Assembly (NCBI RefSeq): GCF_000446015.1
Contig: NC_022093.1
Coordinates: 1,230,001-1,262,000 of the forward strand
Length of the DNA: 32,000 nucleotides
From: Thermofilum adornatum
Lineage (GTDB): Archaea; Thermoproteota; Thermoprotei; Thermofilales; Thermofilaceae
Direction: 5' to 3'
Positions 1 to 8,415 of the stretch are shown here, piece by piece (within the stretch, counting starts at the first letter, position 1; each line of letters begins with the position of its first letter). The translations under genes were made by a program, and so were the position numbers. The notes under the pieces are model-generated. The model did not search any database and had not been told where the DNA came from. It saw nothing but the letters and a program-made list of their open reading frames with translations.

Positions 1-939
1 TATATTGTAGGCGCATTACTATCTTCATTCATAGTTAGCAGGCTCGGGGACTCGAAGACAATAATTCTTTCTCTAAATCTCTTGACAGCAGGATACCTCT
101 TATTTTTATTCTCACATTCAATCGTGGTCATCTTTATCGCTGCAAGCCTTGTACTCCTAGGCTTTGGGATATTCTGGCCGTCCATAGAAAATGCAGTATC
201 CAGTGTCGGTGGAAAAGTGTCTTCCTTTTCATTTTCCTGGAGCTCTGGCTCCCTTCTTGCAATGGCATCTGTCTACCCATTGTCGCTTGTGGAGCCAGCA
301 TTTACCTTTCTATTCTTCTCAGGATTCTCGGTGTTTCTAGTTTCTTTCGCGATTTTTAGCCACAAAAGGAGAATAGAGCCAGCCACTCCTGCCGGCATTC
401 TGGGATCTCTCAGGAAGGCCGCTATTGCATGGCTTCTCTGTATAATATACTCCCTAAACTCTTCGGGACTAATAACGTTTTACCCTGTCCTAGTCGAAGC
501 CAGGAAGCTTCCACAAATTCTCCTCTCTGCGACCCTTTTCGGCATGATTTTTTCTAGAACGCTTCTTTTCTATCTATTCGACAGGGTTCCCAATAAATTG
601 AGAAGACTAGACCTAGCCGCCCTCTTGATGTTAACTCCTGCCCTCGTGGTGTATACGAATGATTCGCTTATTCACGTATCTACCGCACTTCTATCAGGAA
701 TAGGGCAAGGAATAGTCTACGGCATTGCTTTAGAAAGAGTTTTCAAAAGACAGAGCCTAGAAGTTCATCTATATACATCCCTGTTCGAGTCATTTATTGG
801 AGTGGGCTACTTCTTCGGACCAATGCTCGGTGTGGGCTTCAGTAGCTTATTGCGTGTCCAGCCCATCGCAACTACTGCCTTCATGAGCTCGGTTATGGCT
901 CTATTAGCTGGCTTGCCACTTAGGAGAAAAGAGTCCTAA
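1..939 (+). CDS. MFS-type membrane transporter, 5' end outside window
   Basis: Frame 1 is open from base 1, with no stop before the ORF-track start at 82. It translates YIVGALLSSFIVSRLGDSKTIILSLNLL..., followed by repeated hydrophobic helices to the stop at 937-939. The SRLGDSK loop resembles the MFS TM2-3 loop motif. Confidence 0.55.
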   Translation, partial: YIVGALLSSFIVSRLGDSKTIILSLNLLTAGYLLFLFSHSIVVIFIAASLVLLGFGIFWPSIENAVSSVGGKVSSFSFSWSSGSLLAMASVYPLSLVEPAFTFLFFSGFSVFLVSFAIFSHKRRIEPATPAGILGSLRKAAIAWLLCIIYSLNSSGLITFYPVLVEARKLPQILLSATLFGMIFSRTLLFYLFDRVPNKLRRLDLAALLMLTPALVVYTNDSLIHVSTALLSGIGQGIVYGIALERVFKRQSLEVHLYTSLFESFIGVGYFFGPMLGVGFSSLLRVQPIATTAFMSSVMALLAGLPLRRKES

Positions 940-941
940 AA

Positions 942-952
942 TTTTTTATATA
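942..952 (+). promoter_or_regulatory. TATA-like box (TTTTTTATATA) for the ABC-2 exporter operon
   Basis: It is the only A/T-rich element in the 28-91 nt gap between the MFS stop (939) and the ABC ATPase start. Confidence 0.4.
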
Positions 953-1030
953 GGCTCAAAGCATATCTTGTTAGAGGATATACTCCAAAGCGTCACCCGG
1001 TTTTTGACCAGTTTTCTGGAGGTGAAATGG

Positions 1031-2029
1031 ATGTATCCCGTCGAGGTTCAAGGACTAAAGAAGACCTACATCACTAGGAAGCGTGTAGGGCTCTTTAAAA
1101 CAGTTGAGAGCCGTATAGAGGCACTCAAAGGCGTGTCCTTTAATGTAAACGAAGGCGAAATCCTCGGAATACTCGGACCAAACGGTGCCGGAAAATCTAC
1201 CCTTGTCAAGATACTAGCTACGCTCCTCCTACCAGACGAAGGATCCGCAAAGATTCTTGGATATGACGTGGTAAAAGAGAGAGGAAAGGTAAGGAAACAT
1301 ATAGGCATATCTCTAAGTGTTGAAAAAGGCTTCTTCTATAAGTTGACAGCCCGGGAAAACCTAAAATATTTTGGAATGCTTTACGGACTCAGCGGTAAAA
1401 AGCTTGAAGAAAGAGTAAATGAAGCCCTAAAGGCCGTAGGGCTCCAGAACCAGGCGGAAAAGTTCTACGAGGAAATGTCTCTAGGAATGAAGGCAAGACT
1501 GAGCATAGCTAGAGCCCTGCTCCTTGACCCTCCCGTATTAATTCTGGACGAGCCTACACTTGGCCTAGATCCTGTGACATCCAGGCGTATAAGACACCTC
1601 TTGGTAAACCTCGCACACCAGAAACGAAAATCTATACTCTTAACGACTCATAACCTCTTCGAGGCAGAGCTTATATGCGACAGAGTAGCGATAATATCAG
1701 AAGGAAGAATTCTCGCCATCGACACCATCGATGAACTGAAGAAAAGGGTTGCAGACACAGTCTTCATAGAGGTACGACTACCAAGCATGTCGGGACTACA
1801 GGCACTAAACATCCTCAAAGATTTTCCAAGCAACGAGGTAAAAATCTACCACAGGAAGGGTATAGCAGAGAAAATAGTAATCTCGGTCCCAGTCTCCCAG
1901 GCTGAAGAAACAATGGAAAAATTACTCCACGAATTCAGGGCTTCAAGGCTAAAAGTCCGGAGCATAAGCATTCTTGAACCATCGCTAGAAGACGTATTTG
2001 TAAAGCTCACAGGCCAAAGAGGTGTTTAA
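1031..2029 (+). CDS. ABC-2/DrrA-type ABC transporter ATP-binding protein
   Basis: Walker A GPNGAGKST, signature-like MSLGMKARL, Walker B LILDEPTLGLD, and an H-loop (TTHN). The ATG at 1031 is preceded by GGAGGTGA (1019-1026). The ORF-track TTG at 968 would add 21 non-conserved residues. Confidence 0.9.
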   Translation: MYPVEVQGLKKTYITRKRVGLFKTVESRIEALKGVSFNVNEGEILGILGPNGAGKSTLVKILATLLLPDEGSAKILGYDVVKERGKVRKHIGISLSVEKGFFYKLTARENLKYFGMLYGLSGKKLEERVNEALKAVGLQNQAEKFYEEMSLGMKARLSIARALLLDPPVLILDEPTLGLDPVTSRRIRHLLVNLAHQKRKSILLTTHNLFEAELICDRVAIISEGRILAIDTIDELKKRVADTVFIEVRLPSMSGLQALNILKDFPSNEVKIYHRKGIAEKIVISVPVSQAEETMEKLLHEFRASRLKVRSISILEPSLEDVFVKLTGQRGV

Positions 2030-2032
2030 GCT

Positions 2033-2812
2033 ATGAAGCATTCATTCCTAAACATGTTAAGGGCGGGTCTGTTCTTCGAAGTCTCGATGCTAAAGAACAA
2101 CAAGGGTTTATTATTCACATTACTTGCCAGGCCATACCTCGTCCTCCTTATGCTTTACTTCCTCTACCAGCAACTACAAGCAGAAATATCGCCAAAAGAC
2201 CTCGTGCTACTCAGCCTCACTGTTACGGGATCGATAGATGTCCTCTGGGACATAGCAGGAAGAGGAATAATCCTAAGAATGCACGGCATTCTCCCATACT
2301 ACACGGTAGTGCCAGAAGGTTTGCTTTTATCACTTACCATAACCTTCCTACCAAAATATCTCTTAGAAAACCTCCTGAAAACACTTGTATTCCTACCTTT
2401 ACTTGTTATATACCTCGACTTACTAAGCGCCCTCGAATACGTAGCCGGGGTCTTTTTCCTACTCATACTTGGACTCTTGCCCCTAATAGGGCTAAGCATG
2501 CTTCTTGCAGGCTTAACACTCATGGCCAAAGAAGAATCACCCTGGCTAGACTGGATAACCCCCATAATCCTACTGGCTTCGGGAGCGATTTATCCTTTAA
2601 GCGTCCTTCCACCATGGCTCCAAGCAATCTCTAGGCTCTTGCCAACCACATACATCGTTGAAGCCGCCGACATGTTGACACAACATCTCGAAACAGGAGG
2701 ATTCTTTACAAGCGTCATAGTCGCCATGATGATACTAACCATTGGATACAACATTGTCTCAGCGAGCCTAGCAAAGCGGGCCGAAGAAAAACTATTGGTA
2801 AGGGGGATATAG
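2033..2812 (+). CDS. ABC-2 type transporter permease (subunit 1)
   Basis: 259 aa polytopic membrane protein that starts 3 nt after the ATPase stop, so operon context supports it. It shows about 6 hydrophobic segments. Confidence 0.7.
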   Translation: MKHSFLNMLRAGLFFEVSMLKNNKGLLFTLLARPYLVLLMLYFLYQQLQAEISPKDLVLLSLTVTGSIDVLWDIAGRGIILRMHGILPYYTVVPEGLLLSLTITFLPKYLLENLLKTLVFLPLLVIYLDLLSALEYVAGVFFLLILGLLPLIGLSMLLAGLTLMAKEESPWLDWITPIILLASGAIYPLSVLPPWLQAISRLLPTTYIVEAADMLTQHLETGGFFTSVIVAMMILTIGYNIVSASLAKRAEEKLLVRGI

Positions 2813-3562
2813 ATGGGGAGGACCCGTGCAGTCATATGGCTCCATGCGATTAGAGCCAGAAGATACCTACTCTCCATGATTTCGAGCTCTCTTACAGACA
2901 CTCTGTGGATAGTTACCCTACTCCTAGGCTTCGTCCTTTCAGGAAAAACACAGCTCCTCGCAGAAAACCTCCTGGGACTAATAGCCTGGACAATAATCTC
3001 GAACTCAGCATGGATGATAAGCGGCTGGGTAGACTACCTAGGAGTCCTAGGCCTCATAGAGGAACACGAAGCCAGAGGAACATCCGTCTTCCTAGTACTA
3101 ACAGGCAGAATCATTCCTCTTCTCCTCTCCTCAGGAATAACTTCCACTATAACACTAATAATTTTCCGAATAGCTGGAGCCGAGATAGCCATACACTACC
3201 CCATTCACGTCTTGCTAACCCTTATACTACTAGTTGTGCAGTCCGCTGTATACGGGCTTCTGCTGGGGGCCCTAGCGCTAAAAACAGGTATCCCCGGATA
3301 CATGTTCGACATTGCCAGCCTAGCGTTCCTAGGACTCGCACTCATGCCTATAAATGAAGAACGCCTGTCCCAAATAATTTTTGTACCACTCCTAGGCCCC
3401 CAGCTAGCCACGAAGCTTGCAGGCCAGCAACCACTGGATTCACATTTACTATTTTTGCTCTTTTTAACAACACTACTGCAGATACCAATACTATTGGTAG
3501 TAATAAAGAAAGTCTCGAGAGACATACAAAAAACCGGAATAAAGATAATTGGTGAACTATGA
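2813..3562 (+). CDS. ABC-2 type transporter permease (subunit 2)
   Basis: 249 aa polytopic membrane protein whose ATG directly abuts the preceding stop (tag ATG at 2810-2815). It is a distinct sequence from subunit 1. Confidence 0.65.
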   Translation: MGRTRAVIWLHAIRARRYLLSMISSSLTDTLWIVTLLLGFVLSGKTQLLAENLLGLIAWTIISNSAWMISGWVDYLGVLGLIEEHEARGTSVFLVLTGRIIPLLLSSGITSTITLIIFRIAGAEIAIHYPIHVLLTLILLVVQSAVYGLLLGALALKTGIPGYMFDIASLAFLGLALMPINEERLSQIIFVPLLGPQLATKLAGQQPLDSHLLFLLFLTTLLQIPILLVVIKKVSRDIQKTGIKIIGEL

Positions 3563-3604
3563 CTACTTAATGGTCAAAAGGGAAGTCCCCAATCAGCATC
3601 TACG

Positions 3605-3612
3605 TTTTTTTT
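3605..3612 (+). terminator. Oligo-T tract (T8), archaeal-type terminator after the ABC-2 operon
   Basis: T8 run 43 nt after the stop at 3562. Archaeal RNA polymerase terminates at oligo-T tracts (established knowledge). Confidence 0.45.
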
Positions 3613-3781
3613 ACCTTCAAATTCAAACCTTTAAACCCATTTTAATACATTGTAATATCATGCCTCTAGTTTTTACTCTATTTTCCATCTAAAATACTGA
3701 TTATTTTTGTTTTTCTTTTATGAGGACAACTATGTAAAGAAAAATATATATGTTTTTCGATAGTTTTTATAACGACAAAAA

Positions 3782-5560
3782 ATGCAAAAATCAAAAATTG
3801 GAATGTATGCCGCCGCCTCCCTTCTACTAGCAATCCTTTTCAGCTTTCTGGCATACCTAGTAATAAGCGATTTCGGCTACGTAACAGTAAACGACGTCAG
3901 ATTCTATGGGCCAAACGGCGAAATGATTAGCGCTCACCTTTACGTTCCAGCCGACGCTACACCTCAAAAACCAGCTCCAGGAATACTAGCAATACATGGA
4001 TACAATAACCAGAAAGACTATATGACAAATACTGCTCTCGAACTAGCAAGAAGAGGATACGTCGTACTATCAATCGACATGACTGGACACGGCTTCTCAG
4101 AGGGAAATGTGGGAGCTTTTTCCTACGGAGCCGTAGCTGGGCTCAACTATCTTAGGAGCCTTGCATATGTCGACAAAAACAACATTGGACTCGTAGGCAT
4201 GTCTATGGGTGGCTGGGCAATACAGAGCGCGGCACTCGCAGTGCCAGATGGCTATAAAGCAATGTTCTACATGGATTCCTATGTCTTGCCCCCAACATTA
4301 GCTCCAAGGCTAAAGAATGTAGCGATACAGATGGCATTTGCAGATGAATTTACACCATTTTGGCTTCAGGTTCCAACTGGGAAAGACATACCAAAGTCCC
4401 CTGTACTAAAGCAAATATTCAATGTGACTGAAGATATTATACCAGGAAAAGTCTACGGAGATATATCCAAAGGAACAGCAAGAATACTATACGAACCATA
4501 CATAGACCACGCAGCCTCAACCGATGACCCGACAAGCATTGGCAACGTGATAGAATGGTTCAGTATGACGCTCCAAGGAGGCAAAAAAATCCCGAGAAAT
4601 GACCTGATATTCCCACTTAAACAGCTCTTTACAAGCCTGGCATTCCTCTCAGCAATGTTCTTCATATTCTCATTTGGAGGATACCTGCTCGAAACAGAAA
4701 CATTCAAGGAGCTAAAGGGAACACCGCCCGAATACAAGGGCTTTACAGGCTACAGCTACTGGATAGCAGCGTTCATAACAACTGCACTTCCACCCCTACT
4801 ATTTTTGCCGACATTCATCGAGTGGGGAATGAACCCCATGCTTCTAACAATATTCACGCCTCAAGCACCGACAAACAGGTATATGGCTTGGCAAGACACA
4901 GTCGCGCTTGTAACTGTAGTGTTGCTCGCGACATTCTACTATGCAAGCCTCAGGAAGAAAGGCTTCACACTACAACACACAGGACTGGATCTCTCACTCA
5001 AAACGGTGGCTAAGAGCTTCCTGTTCGCGGCCTTGACACTCCTACCACTCTACATAACACTCACCTACTGCTACGCCTTGTTCAGGACCCCATTCACGCT
5101 TGCAGGTCTACCTGAACCAGTCGTCCTGAGACCAATGAGTACAATTAGATTCACCTTTGCATTTACGTACTTCCTACCATTCCTCTTCTACTACCTAGTA
5201 ACAGGAGTACTCTTCGCAGGATTCATGAGGTACAAAGAAGGAAAAGCAAGCCTAACAATGGAACTGCTCATAAACTCGTTAATTGTATCCTTAGGCTCAA
5301 TAATATTCCTCCTTTACTACTACGTACCACTCTACATCGGAATGCCACAGACGCTTTCCTGGACATACGTTTATGGCGGAGTCCCACTTGCAATGATCTA
5401 CTACATAGTTGTTCCAGTTGTTTCAATACTTACAATATGCATCTTAACGTACTTCTACAGGAAAACAGGCAAAGTGTGGCCCGGAGTATTCATAGCAACA
5501 ATGCTAATAGTGTGGTACCACGTAGCATTTGCAGCCTTCCACATACCTATGCCACCTTAA
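3782..5560 (+). CDS. Membrane-anchored alpha/beta-hydrolase (dienelactone-hydrolase/S9-like fold) fused to a C-terminal polytopic membrane domain
   Basis: N-terminal TM segment (AAASLLLAILFSFLAYLVI), then HGYNNQKD...DMTGHGFSEG and a nucleophile elbow GMSMGG, with a candidate His in YIDHAAS. From about aa 275 onward there are about eight hydrophobic segments by eye. Confidence 0.7.
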   Translation: MQKSKIGMYAAASLLLAILFSFLAYLVISDFGYVTVNDVRFYGPNGEMISAHLYVPADATPQKPAPGILAIHGYNNQKDYMTNTALELARRGYVVLSIDMTGHGFSEGNVGAFSYGAVAGLNYLRSLAYVDKNNIGLVGMSMGGWAIQSAALAVPDGYKAMFYMDSYVLPPTLAPRLKNVAIQMAFADEFTPFWLQVPTGKDIPKSPVLKQIFNVTEDIIPGKVYGDISKGTARILYEPYIDHAASTDDPTSIGNVIEWFSMTLQGGKKIPRNDLIFPLKQLFTSLAFLSAMFFIFSFGGYLLETETFKELKGTPPEYKGFTGYSYWIAAFITTALPPLLFLPTFIEWGMNPMLLTIFTPQAPTNRYMAWQDTVALVTVVLLATFYYASLRKKGFTLQHTGLDLSLKTVAKSFLFAALTLLPLYITLTYCYALFRTPFTLAGLPEPVVLRPMSTIRFTFAFTYFLPFLFYYLVTGVLFAGFMRYKEGKASLTMELLINSLIVSLGSIIFLLYYYVPLYIGMPQTLSWTYVYGGVPLAMIYYIVVPVVSILTICILTYFYRKTGKVWPGVFIATMLIVWYHVAFAAFHIPMPP

Positions 5561-5571
5561 AAAACAAATTA

Positions 5572-5577
5572 TTTTTT
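5572..5577 (+). terminator. Oligo-T tract (T6) after the hydrolase-membrane fusion gene
   Basis: T6 run 12 nt after the stop at 5560, in a convergent intergenic region. Confidence 0.4.
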
Positions 5578-5849
5578 CACAAACATTTTTTCCAAGAAGC
5601 TTTTTGGTTGCTTGATCTTTTTTCAGTTCCTTCGTCATTGTCTTCTGCTTTATTTCTAAGTACAACGAGAGATTAATGGACAAAACAAAATACACGAGAT
5701 GATTAGAAAAGTATAGTTTTCGTCAACATTAAGTATTATTTAATAAGGTCTAACTAACTGTAGTTTGGAAACCCCGGCTATATCACTTAGAGAAAAATCC
5801 TCCACATATGTTTTCCCAATCGTGTGTGACTCTAGCGGCATTATACGAC

Positions 5850-6398
5850 TCAAAATTTACATGCACTCGTATACTCTTCTCCACCCAAATGGAGAAGGGG
5901 TCGAACCTTAGACAAGTCATAAAGAGAGTTTTTCCACGCATCTCGCCTGACTCTCGCGGCTAATACTTCTCCCACAAACAAAGAGTGGTCACCACAAGGA
6001 TACTCAGCCGCTACTCTGCACTCGATGCACGCCAGTGAATTCCTTATGCATGGAACCTTTACCCTGAGAGGTGTTAAACTTTCTATCCCATATGCTTTGA
6101 ACTTGTCTATTTCGCTACCACTTGTCGAGCCAGTCTCTTCGACTAGCCCCAGCATTGTGGCTTCTACCGGGTTCAAGGTAAATTCTCCACTCTCCTTTAT
6201 CAGTTTGTACGTGTATCTCTTTGGCGAAATCGCAACGGCAACCAGCGGCGGATTCACAGAGACAGGTGTGACCCATGCCGCGGGCATAACATTGGCTCTG
6301 CCATCTTTCCCAATTGAGACAACGAGGACCACGAGTTTGGGGTGCAGCAACCTGGTATGTTGCCTGGTTACTACTTCAACATATTCAGGTAGGCTCAT
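5850..6398 (-). CDS. Flavin reductase-like FMN-binding domain protein (flavoredoxin-like)
   Basis: PKLVVLVVSIGKDGRANVMPAAWVTPVSVNPPLVAVAISPKRYTYKLIKESGEFTLN is typical of the flavin-reductase-like split-barrel family. It has its own TATA-like box (6423-6431, minus strand) 24 nt upstream of the ATG. Confidence 0.8.
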   Translation of the reverse strand: MSLPEYVEVVTRQHTRLLHPKLVVLVVSIGKDGRANVMPAAWVTPVSVNPPLVAVAISPKRYTYKLIKESGEFTLNPVEATMLGLVEETGSTSGSEIDKFKAYGIESLTPLRVKVPCIRNSLACIECRVAAEYPCGDHSLFVGEVLAARVRRDAWKNSLYDLSKVRPLLHLGGEEYTSACKF

Positions 6399-6444
6399 AC
6401 AATTGTTACTTTGCTGGATATGTATAAAAAAGATATGTTGCCAG

Positions 6445-7359
6445 CTATTCTAGTGAGAACTCTTCCGAGTGGGTCTTGATCTTCTTCTGTACTTTTTCTG
6501 GTAAGCTTTCGTCTTCGAGCCTCCTCTCCAGTGGCTTTACCACTACAACGCCGACGCCGTCCTCTATCTTTATCTCCCATGCCCTCAAGTCGTGGGCTGT
6601 CTGCCTCATTTTCTCGATAATGATGTACCTCGTGAGGACACCGTTGATCATTCTACGCTTAAAGTGGATGATTCCGTCGGCAATATGCTCAAGGCCCCAG
6701 CCAAAAGCGCTACCAGTCGTAATAGCATACTGGCTTGTAGCCATAATTGTGAACCCCCACTTGTTTAGTATCCTCTTGACAGTGTAGCTGTCCTCCCTAG
6801 CCTTGACAGGAGCCCTAAGCCAGAAAGCACTCATAGAGTCAATAACAAGCCTGCGGGCGTTTCTCCCCAGCTTTTTCTTTGCCTCTATAATCCTGCTAAG
6901 CATTTCCTCTACAGCGAGCTCGCGAAGGGTCCACTCGTCCTCCTTTTCTCGCATAAGGGCATCAATAATAACAAGCCTGCCAGACTCCAAAGCGCTCTGG
7001 AAATCCATCTTAAACTGCGCTGCCTGCCTCAGGATGCTCTCCCTGCTCTCCTCCGTAGTCACATATATCGCGCTTTCCCCAGCCCTCAAACCAGCCCATA
7101 CAAAATGCAGACATGTAATAGTCTTACCTGTACCAGGCATCCCCACGAGGGCGACAAAGAAACCCTCTGGGATCCCGCCCCTCAAAAGGGCGTCCAGGCC
7201 AGGAATTCCCGTGGAAAGTCTTCTAACCTCCACATCTAACCATGTAATAAATCCCAAGTGAAATATTTCAGCCTTTCTCCCAGAAATTGCCACCATGTGT
7301 GTTGCGCTGTTTGGAGAACATTGATATGCGTTCCATGCTTCTCTGAGGTAAAAGCTCAA
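6445..7359 (-). CDS. Single-domain KaiC/RecA-superfamily ATPase (archaeal KaiC-like)
   Basis: LSTGIPGLDALLRGGIPEG...GMPGTGKT (Walker A)...YVTTEES...LVIDSMS (Walker B-like). The start is uncertain. TTG at 7359 gives the maximal ORF, ATG at 7296 is an alternative, and GVG-type GTG at 7233 gives MEVRRLSTGIPGLD, the N-terminus most typical for this family. Confidence 0.8.
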   Translation of the reverse strand: MSFYLREAWNAYQCSPNSATHMVAISGRKAEIFHLGFITWLDVEVRRLSTGIPGLDALLRGGIPEGFFVALVGMPGTGKTITCLHFVWAGLRAGESAIYVTTEESRESILRQAAQFKMDFQSALESGRLVIIDALMREKEDEWTLRELAVEEMLSRIIEAKKKLGRNARRLVIDSMSAFWLRAPVKAREDSYTVKRILNKWGFTIMATSQYAITTGSAFGWGLEHIADGIIHFKRRMINGVLTRYIIIEKMRQTAHDLRAWEIKIEDGVGVVVVKPLERRLEDESLPEKVQKKIKTHSEEFSLE

Positions 7360-7698
7360 GGATCATGCTTGCCTGAAATACTTTTGTTAACTCTATACTT
7401 CAAGGCATCGCTTAAATCTTCGCCCCAGCCACCCAAAATCTGACTCTAGCCCTAGTCCTACGATTGAGTCCACTCTTTCGCTTGGTAAGCGAGAGGATAT
7501 GCTTATTTCTTCCATGTTCCTGTCCCGAATTGCTTTCCTATTAGAGCTTAACCTCACATCCCACTTTTGGCTACATATCTACGTAACTTGTCTATAAGCG
7601 ACTTGGGAACCACAAACCTGAGAATCTCCACCCATCCTTTATCCATTATATTTTTGCCTCAGAGTTAAGAGTTAATAAAGCTCTACGGTGCAGCGTTG

Positions 7699-8340
7699 TT
7701 AATAGAAATCAATCATATGTAAGACATCGTTTAAACTTTTAATTCCATCATATTTTCCGTCTCGTGAAACAAGTACTGCGCGAAGACCAGCCAATGATGG
7801 ATTCTTGTAGTCGCTCTCTGGGTCATCCCCAACATGTAGTATTTCGTGTGGCCCTATCCCCAGCTCGCGCAGAATAGCCTTAAAGAACTCTGGGGGTTTG
7901 CCTGGGAGAGAGAAGTCCGAGGATGAGGAAAAAACCCTTACAAACCTCTTTTCTAGGAATGGGAAGCGCGAAAATACGAGACCGATAAAATCCCTCGCCG
8001 CGCTAGTGCTAAGCACCAGTTTAACATGGTTTGGCACGTTCTCGAAAAATTCTAGGGCATCCTCGTAAATTTCGACGAGCTTCCCCGCCTCGCTCAAAGC
8101 ATATTCAAGCTCGTCCATCAAACCGAACCTCTGGAACCAGTACCTAGGAAGATACCACCTTAAATCTCCCTGCCCGACCTCGTCGTAAGACTGAAACACG
8201 ACACGCTTTGCCGTCTCAATGTCCAAGCTATGTCTCTCGGCGTACAGCCTAGGAACAAGCTCTAGCCAAAAATAGTCCACATACTTCCTGCTGACGATGG
8301 TTCCGTCCATGTCTAGAGAGATATACTTAATGCCCACCAT
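7699..8340 (-). CDS. HAD-superfamily hydrolase (phosphatase-like)
   Basis: Motif I is LDMDGTIV (DxDxT) near the N-terminus, and motif IV-like is HVGDDPESD. ATG at 8340 places DxDxT at residues 9-13. The ORF-track start at 8367 adds 9 aa. Confidence 0.75.
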   Translation of the reverse strand: MVGIKYISLDMDGTIVSRKYVDYFWLELVPRLYAERHSLDIETAKRVVFQSYDEVGQGDLRWYLPRYWFQRFGLMDELEYALSEAGKLVEIYEDALEFFENVPNHVKLVLSTSAARDFIGLVFSRFPFLEKRFVRVFSSSSDFSLPGKPPEFFKAILRELGIGPHEILHVGDDPESDYKNPSLAGLRAVLVSRDGKYDGIKSLNDVLHMIDFY

Positions 8341-8415
8341 TAGACACCTTGTCAACGATGTTTTCAAAATAAAAATGTCTATTTATACGTAACAATAGAA
8401 AAAAGGATGCATTAG

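Noticed and set aside
2905-3357. 150-aa plus-strand ORF in an alternative frame inside ABC-2 permease 2
   Set aside because: Its Arg/Pro/Ser-rich translation is typical of an off-frame reading of a membrane-protein gene. The permease frame gives coherent TM helices.
5504-5695. 63-aa minus-strand ORF in the convergent spacer after the hydrolase fusion gene
   Set aside because: It overlaps the hydrolase 3' end by 57 nt and crosses its T6 terminator. It has no motifs and no convincing promoter.
5561-5849. Possible C/D-box sRNA or other ncRNA in the 289-bp convergent spacer (the 7360-7698 spacer was examined the same way)
   Set aside because: No RUGAUGA C box paired with a CUGA D box at 50-70 nt spacing on either strand. 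Only a one-mismatch ATGATTA at about 5699 with no D box. No tRNA-like cloverleaf segments were evident by eye. A covariance-model scan would be needed to exclude an ncRNA.
6025-7261. Three plus-strand ORFs (6025-6453, 6476-6787, 6803-7261; 103-152 aa) opposite the flavoredoxin-like and KaiC-like genes
   Set aside because: They are antisense shadows of genes with strong family motifs. Their translations are Ser/Leu/Thr-rich, low-complexity and without motifs.
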